Origin: a bacterium
Lineage (GTDB): Bacteria > Patescibacteriota > Saccharimonadia > Saccharimonadales > Saccharimonadaceae
Direction: 5' to 3'
Assembly: GCA_021780305.1 (NCBI GenBank)
Contig: JAJXYZ010000042.1
Coordinates: 1 to 38,845, forward strand
Length of the DNA: 38,845 nt
Positions within the stretch are counted from its first letter, which is position 1. The number at the start of each line of letters is the position of its first letter. Made by a program: the position numbers and the translations under genes. The notes under the pieces are model-generated. The model searched no databases and was not told the DNA's origin. It saw nothing but the letters and a program-made list of their open reading frames with translations. Positions 33,817 to 38,845 of this stretch are shown here, piece by piece.

Positions 33817-33855
33817 AAAACATAGCCTCCATCAAGGGGCTATGTTTTTGTTTTT
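33817..33855 (+). terminator. Intrinsic terminator after the helicase gene
   Basis: AAAACATAGCCTC-catcaa-GGGGCTATGTTTT followed by TGTTTTT: a stem of about 13 bp (one G-U pair) plus a U-tract. Confidence 0.75.
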
Positions 33856-33861
33856 GTAGGG

Positions 33862-33867
33862 TATAAT
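33862..33867 (+). promoter_or_regulatory. -10 box TATAAT exactly 6 nt upstream of the gatC ATG (leaderless candidate)
   Basis: tataat-agagtg-ATG, no SD, directly downstream of the terminator. Confidence 0.4.
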
Positions 33868-33873
33868 AGAGTG

Positions 33874-34164
33874 ATGACAGATATATCGCGTGATGATGTG
33901 CAGCATCTTGCACAGCTAAGTAGTTTAGCGCTTAGTGACCAGGAAATTGATGATTTAAGAATTGATATCGGTAATATTTTAGGTTACATCAATCAGTTGA
34001 GTGAGCTTGATACCACTGGAGTTGAGCCAACTTATCAGGTGAGCGGTTTGGAAAATGTCTGGCGCGAGGATAAAATTGATGATTATGGCCTAGGTCGCGA
34101 TGAGTTGCTAGCACTAGCGCCTGAATCAGCTAATGGCCAAATTAAGGTGCCAAAGGTTTTATAA
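33874..34164 (+). CDS. gatC: Asp/Glu-tRNA(Asn/Gln) amidotransferase subunit C
   Basis: About 96 aa with 'VQHLAQLSSLALSDQE' and 'TTGVEPT', the typical GatC pattern. Immediately followed by gatA. Confidence 0.9.
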   Translation: MTDISRDDVQHLAQLSSLALSDQEIDDLRIDIGNILGYINQLSELDTTGVEPTYQVSGLENVWREDKIDDYGLGRDELLALAPESANGQIKVPKVL

Positions 34165-35535
34165 ATGACTAAAATTGCTGATTATATTTCAAAAAGTGCT
34201 CGTCAGAACGTTTTAGAGGCCATTAAAAGGGCTAACGATAAAAATGAGTATCACGCACTACTAAGTTTAACTGAAGCCCGCGCTCTAGAGCGAGCCGATG
34301 CGGTTGATCGTGGGGAAATTTCCGGTCGCCTAGCCGGTGTACCGTTTGTTGTTAAAGATAATTTTTTAGCGTTTGGAGCGCCGACCACGGCCGCTAGTCG
34401 AATGCTCGAGGGGTTTAAATCGCCCTTGCAGGCAACGGCCGTTGAAAAATTAGAAGCGGAAGGTGCGATTTGTATCGGTAAAGCTAACCTAGACGCCTTC
34501 GCTCACGGTGGCAGTACCGAAAACTCAGCTTTTGGGCCAACCTTAAATGCCTATGATAAAACTAAGGTTGCGGGTGGTAGTAGTGGTGGTTCGGCAGTTG
34601 TGACGGCGCTGGATATTGTGCCATTTGCGCTTGGTAGCGATACTGGCGGTTCGATTCGTCAACCAGCGAGTTTTAACGGTGTAGTTGGTGTCAAGCCGAC
34701 TTACGGTACAGTTAGTCGTTACGGCGTGGTGGCGATGGCCAGCAGCACAGATACCATTGGCTGTTTTGCGACCGACGCGGCAGATGCTGAGCTAATTATG
34801 GATATTATGGCTGGTAAAGATGACAAGGACATGACAACTTTGCCGAATTTCTTTGAGCCAACTGCTATAAAGTCCGGCCTTAAAATTGGCCTAATCAAAG
34901 ATACGATGACCGATGATGTGGATGCCGATGTCAGGCAGGTTACTAGTGACTACGTGGCGCGCTTAAAAGCAGCTGGTCACGAAGTTTCCGATGTGGCAAT
35001 GCCAATTGCGCAGCATGCCCTTGCGATGTACTACATCATCGTACCGGCTGAAGTCAGTAGTAACTTGGCAAGATATGACGGTATTCGCTACGGTCATCGG
35101 GCCGAGGGGGTGACCAGCCTAGCTCAACTATATGGTAAAAGCCGTGATGAAGGTTTTGTAACCGAAAACAAGCGACGTATCATGATTGGTAGCTATGTTT
35201 TGTCGAGCGGTTTCTTTGACGCTTACTATTTACAAGCCCAAAAGGCTCGTACGCTATTAATTAACGAATTTGATAAATTATTTGAAGAGTATGATGTATT
35301 AATTGGACCAACAACTCCGACACCGGCTTTTGGGTTGGGTGAGAACACCGCTGATCCAGTCAAGATGTATCTGGCTGATATTATGACCGTGCCGGCATCG
35401 CTCGCGGGCTTACCAGCGATTAGTGTACCTGCCGGCAAAAGCGCGACTGGTTTACCAATTGGTGTTCAATTAGTTGGCCCACGCCGAAGTGATGCTGATT
35501 TATTAGCCTTAGCAAAATCAATGGAGACTGCATAA
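34165..35535 (+). CDS. gatA: Asp/Glu-tRNA(Asn/Gln) amidotransferase subunit A
   Basis: Amidase signature 'GGSSGGSAVVTA...GSDTGGSIRQPASFNGVVGVKPTYG'. Confidence 0.95.
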   Translation: MTKIADYISKSARQNVLEAIKRANDKNEYHALLSLTEARALERADAVDRGEISGRLAGVPFVVKDNFLAFGAPTTAASRMLEGFKSPLQATAVEKLEAEGAICIGKANLDAFAHGGSTENSAFGPTLNAYDKTKVAGGSSGGSAVVTALDIVPFALGSDTGGSIRQPASFNGVVGVKPTYGTVSRYGVVAMASSTDTIGCFATDAADAELIMDIMAGKDDKDMTTLPNFFEPTAIKSGLKIGLIKDTMTDDVDADVRQVTSDYVARLKAAGHEVSDVAMPIAQHALAMYYIIVPAEVSSNLARYDGIRYGHRAEGVTSLAQLYGKSRDEGFVTENKRRIMIGSYVLSSGFFDAYYLQAQKARTLLINEFDKLFEEYDVLIGPTTPTPAFGLGENTADPVKMYLADIMTVPASLAGLPAISVPAGKSATGLPIGVQLVGPRRSDADLLALAKSMETA

Positions 35536-35951
35536 TGGACCAATCGATTATTTTTATGTTTGCCGCAATTATTATTGTCGGTGCGATGCTGTTTGGGATT
35601 ATTGGATTAACCAAGCAAGGCAAAAGATACTTAAATATCGACCAATATCGAATCAAGTGGATGGATATTGAACGTCGATTAAAGAGTGATGAGCCAAGTA
35701 GCTTTAAGTTGTGCGTTATGGATGCCGATAACTTGCTTGATAGAGCGCTTAAAGAACGTGGTTTTAAGGGACAGACAATGGGCGAGCGCATGCGCAGCGC
35801 TGCAAATAGTTTGTCAAATCGTAATGCTGTCTGGACGGCGCACAAGCTACGTAACCAAATTGCCCATGAAGACGTGTCTGTTAGTTACGACCAATCACGG
35901 ACGGCGCTGAGCGGCTTCAAACAAGCCTTAAAAGACCTAGGAGCCATCTAA
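35535..35951 (+). CDS. Membrane-anchored small protein with HEPN-like Rx4H motif (DUF4145-like), inserted in gatCAB
   Basis: 138 aa with an N-terminal TM (res 5-25). The helical C-domain carries 'DADNLLDRALKERG' and 'AHKLRNQIAHE' (R106-x4-H111, nt 35850-35867). Shares 1 nt with the gatA stop (TAATG) and 1 nt with the gatB start (TAATG). Confidence 0.55.
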   Translation: MDQSIIFMFAAIIIVGAMLFGIIGLTKQGKRYLNIDQYRIKWMDIERRLKSDEPSSFKLCVMDADNLLDRALKERGFKGQTMGERMRSAANSLSNRNAVWTAHKLRNQIAHEDVSVSYDQSRTALSGFKQALKDLGAI

Positions 35952-37402
35952 TGCTTACGCCTGAAATGCTCGAAAAATACGACATGACGATTGGTATTGA
36001 GTGTCATGTGCAGTTGGCGACGCTGACTAAATTGTTTAGTGGTGCTGATAACGATGCGCGCCAACAAGAGCCGAATACAGTTGTTAATCCAATTGACTTT
36101 GGTCTACCGGGTATGTTGCCGGTCTTAAATCACGAAGCTATTAATCTGGCTATTAAAGCCGGCAAGGCACTCGGCAGCGAAATTGCCAGAGTTAGTCGAT
36201 TTGATCGCAAACATTATTTTTATCCAGACTTGCCGAAAGGCTACCAGACGACTCAGATGTATCAACCAATTATAATTGGTGGTTTAGTTGAGGCGCCGCT
36301 TGAAGATGGTGGAGTTGTTAAAGTTCATTTGCATCACGCCCACCTGGAAGAAGATGCTGGCAAACTGACGCACAACTCAACTTATAGCTTGGTTGATCTT
36401 AATCGAGCAGGTACGCCACTAATTGAAATTGTGTCTGAGCCAGATATGCATAGTGCGGCCGAGGCGAAAGCTTACGCTACCGAACTTTATCGATTAATGA
36501 CTTATGCTGGTGTGACGCATGGTGATCTGTATCACGGCAATATGCGCTTTGACGTTAACATATCAATTGCCCTAAAAGGTGCGACCGAACTTGGCACACG
36601 AGCCGAAGTTAAAAACCTAAACTCGTTTAGAAGTGTTGAACGAGCGGCTGATTACGAATTTAGGCGTCAAGTGGAGCGACTTGAAAGTGGTGAGCGGATT
36701 GTTCAGGAAACTCGCGGCTGGGACGAAGCTAAACAAAAAACGACTAGCCAACGTAGTAAAGAGGACGCGCAGGACTATCGTTACATGCCCGACGCTGATA
36801 TTCCACCAATTGTTTTAACTGAGGATGAAATCGAGCGGGTTCAGGCAACGCTACCGGCTTTACCGTCGTTTTATCGAAATGCTTGGCAACCGCTTGGCCT
36901 CGATAGCACAGTGGTTAATGCGCTACTGGCTTCAAAGCAATTAGCTGAGGGTATTCAAGCGTTGTATGAAAAAGGTGGTGAAAGTGTAGCTAGACGTAAC
37001 GCGCAGTGGTTTATTAGCACGCTCGGATCTGATATTAATGAGTCAGCGATTGATTCACTACACTTATCGCCCGATCGCTTTATTGAACTTGCCAAAATGG
37101 TTGACGATAATCAATTATCAAGCACCGCGGCTAAGGCGGTTTTTGCCGAGCTACTGGCGGGCGATAAAAATCCAAAACAAATTGCTGAGGATTTAAACCT
37201 TCTACAGGTAAGCGATGAAGACTCGATTGCTAGTATTGTCGACGAAGTCCTAACAGACCCAGCTTCGGCTAAGGCGGTTGAAGATTTACGTAGCGGCAAC
37301 GATAAAGTAATCGGCTTTTTAGTTGGTCAAGTTATGAAAAAATCACAGGGCAAGGCCAATCCGGCATTGGCTCAGGATTTGATTCGGAAAAAAGTGCTTT
37401 AA
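35951..37402 (+). CDS. gatB: Asp/Glu-tRNA(Asn/Gln) amidotransferase subunit B
   Basis: 'IGIECHVQL', 'GLPGMLPVLN', 'KHYFYPDLPKGYQTTQ', 'EEDAGK', 'NRAGTPLIEIVSEPD' and a C-terminal YqeY-like domain. Confidence 0.95.
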   Translation: MLTPEMLEKYDMTIGIECHVQLATLTKLFSGADNDARQQEPNTVVNPIDFGLPGMLPVLNHEAINLAIKAGKALGSEIARVSRFDRKHYFYPDLPKGYQTTQMYQPIIIGGLVEAPLEDGGVVKVHLHHAHLEEDAGKLTHNSTYSLVDLNRAGTPLIEIVSEPDMHSAAEAKAYATELYRLMTYAGVTHGDLYHGNMRFDVNISIALKGATELGTRAEVKNLNSFRSVERAADYEFRRQVERLESGERIVQETRGWDEAKQKTTSQRSKEDAQDYRYMPDADIPPIVLTEDEIERVQATLPALPSFYRNAWQPLGLDSTVVNALLASKQLAEGIQALYEKGGESVARRNAQWFISTLGSDINESAIDSLHLSPDRFIELAKMVDDNQLSSTAAKAVFAELLAGDKNPKQIAEDLNLLQVSDEDSIASIVDEVLTDPASAKAVEDLRSGNDKVIGFLVGQVMKKSQGKANPALAQDLIRKKVL

Positions 37403-37403
37403 T

Positions 37404-38279
37404 ATGCGGCAACCAACCAAGGCTATTATCTGTGCGGCTGGACTTGGCACGAGATTTTTGCCACAAACTAAGGCAATGCCGAAGGAGATGTTGCCGATTA
37501 TTGATAAGCCCGTCATTCAATTGATAGTCGAGCAAGCCGTCGCTGCAGGTGTAACCGATATTATAATTGTAACTGGTAGTACGAAACGCGCGATTGAAGA
37601 TCATTTTGATCGAAGTGATGAGTTGGAGCGTGAACTCCGTGAAAAAGGCAAGAATGAGAAAGCTGATCAAATTGAATCGATTGCGAACCTAGCAAACTTT
37701 GTGTATGTTCGTCAAAAAGGTTCGCCGAAGGGTAATGCTCGTCCAATTCTTAACGCCATGCACTTAATTGATAGTGATGAGCCGTTTTTTGTATTTTTCG
37801 CTGATGACTTTTTTAGATCAAGCGTGCCATGGCCAATTCAACTTAAGGAAGCTTATGCTCGAACAGGTAAATCGGTCATTTCATTGATTGAGGTTGATAA
37901 AAAGGATGCCGATAAGTACGGTATGGTTCAGATTGGCGTTAAGGAATCGGATCGAGTATTTAAGTTAGATGGTATCGTTGAAAAACCAGGTGAAGCGAAT
38001 TCGCCATCAAACTTTGCGTCAGTCGGAAGCTACTTATTGACGCCCGATATCTTGCCAATTATTGCTCAGGAAAAAGTTGGCATCGGTGGCGAGATGACGT
38101 TAGCCGATAGTTTAAACGAGTTAGCTATAAATGATACGGTCTATGGATGCTTTATTGACGGTATTTGGCATGATACTGGTAACCAACTCAAGTACCTTAT
38201 TGCAGTGGTTGACCATGCACTCGAAAGTGATGAGTACGGTGAAGACCTAAAAAAATACCTGATGAAACGCTTAAGCTAA
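37404..38279 (+). CDS. galU: UTP--glucose-1-phosphate uridylyltransferase
   Basis: 'KAIICAAGLGTRFLPQTKAMPKEMLPIIDKPVIQ' and 'VRQKGSPKGNA'. Starts 1 nt after the gatB stop. Confidence 0.9.
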   Translation: MRQPTKAIICAAGLGTRFLPQTKAMPKEMLPIIDKPVIQLIVEQAVAAGVTDIIIVTGSTKRAIEDHFDRSDELERELREKGKNEKADQIESIANLANFVYVRQKGSPKGNARPILNAMHLIDSDEPFFVFFADDFFRSSVPWPIQLKEAYARTGKSVISLIEVDKKDADKYGMVQIGVKESDRVFKLDGIVEKPGEANSPSNFASVGSYLLTPDILPIIAQEKVGIGGEMTLADSLNELAINDTVYGCFIDGIWHDTGNQLKYLIAVVDHALESDEYGEDLKKYLMKRLS

Positions 38280-38344
38280 CATTGTTTAAAGGTGCAATTC
38301 GTGCTATAGTAACAAAAGACAAACAGTAAAAAAGGAGAATCCTA

Positions 38345-38602
38345 GTGAGTCCCGCAGCTGAAATCCTTGTCATTATTTTATCGATTTTTCTAGCGTTCTT
38401 CTTGGCGCTAGGTATAACTTTAGCGATATACTTAATTAAACTAACGCGCGATATTCGTGAGGTAACCAAGACGGCCGGCCGAACGGTTAGCAACCTTGAG
38501 GCAGCAATCGGCGGTGTTTCTAGAATGGTCCAACCGTTATTTTTGTTAGAGTTGGCCACGAAGTTCATGAAACGATTTAAAAATTCCAAGAGGAGGAAAT
38601 AG
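38345..38602 (+). CDS. Small membrane protein, DUF948-like
   Basis: GTG start with AAGGAG upstream. N-terminal TM plus a helical region. Directly precedes a YtxH gene, the usual DUF948-YtxH pairing. Confidence 0.45.
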   Translation: MSPAAEILVIILSIFLAFFLALGITLAIYLIKLTRDIREVTKTAGRTVSNLEAAIGGVSRMVQPLFLLELATKFMKRFKNSKRRK

Positions 38603-38603
38603 T

Positions 38604-38845
38604 ATGTCAAAAGGTAAATTTGCAGCAGGAACAATTTTCGGAGCACTTATCGGCCTAGCTGCTGGTGTTTTAACAGCTCCAAAGAGCGGTAAAGAAACTC
38701 GTGCTGATCTTAAAATGAAGGCTGAGGACATGAAGAATAAAGCAACCGATGTTATGGATGATGTTAAAGACACGGCTACTAAAACTGCCAGTGACATCAA
38801 AAATAAAGCGACTGATGTTGTTGAAGACGTTAAAGATAATGCGAT
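38604..38845 (+). CDS. YtxH-domain general stress protein (3'-truncated by the window end)
   Basis: Not in the ORF track because no stop lies within the window. AGGAGG is 7 nt upstream of ATG 38604. My translation is 'MSKGKFAAGTIFGALIGLAAGVLTAPKSGKETRADLK...', the canonical YtxH N-terminus, followed by repetitive 'K(N)KATDV..DVKD' helices. Confidence 0.75.
   Translation, partial: MSKGKFAAGTIFGALIGLAAGVLTAPKSGKETRADLKMKAEDMKNKATDVMDDVKDTATKTASDIKNKATDVVEDVKDNA

Noticed and set aside
35420-35845. 141-aa minus-strand ORF opposite the gatA 3' end and the HEPN-like gene
   Set aside because: It is antisense to gatA, has no start context, and its product is Leu/Ser/Ile-rich. The plus-strand ORF has exact start/stop coupling with gatA and gatB, which argues for the plus frame.
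38197-38800. Two minus-strand ORFs (149 aa and 84 aa) overlapping the galU 3' end, the DUF948-like gene and the YtxH gene
   Set aside because: The plus-strand genes have strong SDs (AAGGAG, AGGAGG) and a recognisable YtxH domain. The minus-strand products are low-complexity.
1-38845. CRISPR arrays, rRNA/tRNA genes, large direct repeats
   Set aside because: Intergenic spacers are all 228 nt or shorter, and none shows regularly spaced repeats or RNA-gene hallmarks on reading. Only short simple-sequence tracts (the Gly codon run at 2741-2800 and the RGG region at 32580-32690) were seen.

Overview
Compact, gene-dense bacterial chromosome segment. Sampled coding blocks hand-count to roughly low-40s % G+C. 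I call about 45 protein genes. I found no rRNA, tRNA, CRISPR array, transposase or integrase.

Most genes are housekeeping: pheST, trxB, ppa, a truncated rel, gap, uvrB, a DEAD-box helicase, gatCAB, galU and rmuC. There is also an envelope/membrane block: a UPF0718 permease, a DUF2207 protein, an Erm/KsgA-type methyltransferase, two Crp-family paralogues, PspC plus a LiaF-like protein, VKOR, a PAP2 phosphatase and an aquaporin.

The split transketolase, gatCAB dependence, short Rel, overlapping stops and starts, and many tiny intergenic gaps suggest a reduced genome of the Patescibacteria/CPR (Saccharibacteria-like) type. That placement is inference only.

Five things are most worth a second look:
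1. A small membrane-anchored protein with an Rx4H HEPN-like motif (AHKLRNQIAHE) is translationally coupled between gatA and gatB.
2. An eight-gene, almost gap-free operon (23342-30308) joins rpiB, a divergent rpe, split tkt and fba to two PfkB kinases (one with an unassignable ~175-aa N-terminal domain) and a LOG/TIGR00725-like protein. It is a candidate (deoxy)nucleotide/nucleoside-ribose salvage-to-glycolysis module.
3. VKOR is translationally coupled to a dihydroorotate dehydrogenase that has class-2 architecture but a class-1 catalytic Cys (NISCPN).
4. A ~400-bp block of 55-60% G+C sits between gap and rpiB and encodes a small membrane protein. It is probably foreign DNA.
5. A TATAAT-like box recurs 6-9 nt upstream of start codons that lack a Shine-Dalgarno sequence, which suggests several transcription units are leaderless.

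All functional calls come from motif recognition by eye. No database search was run.
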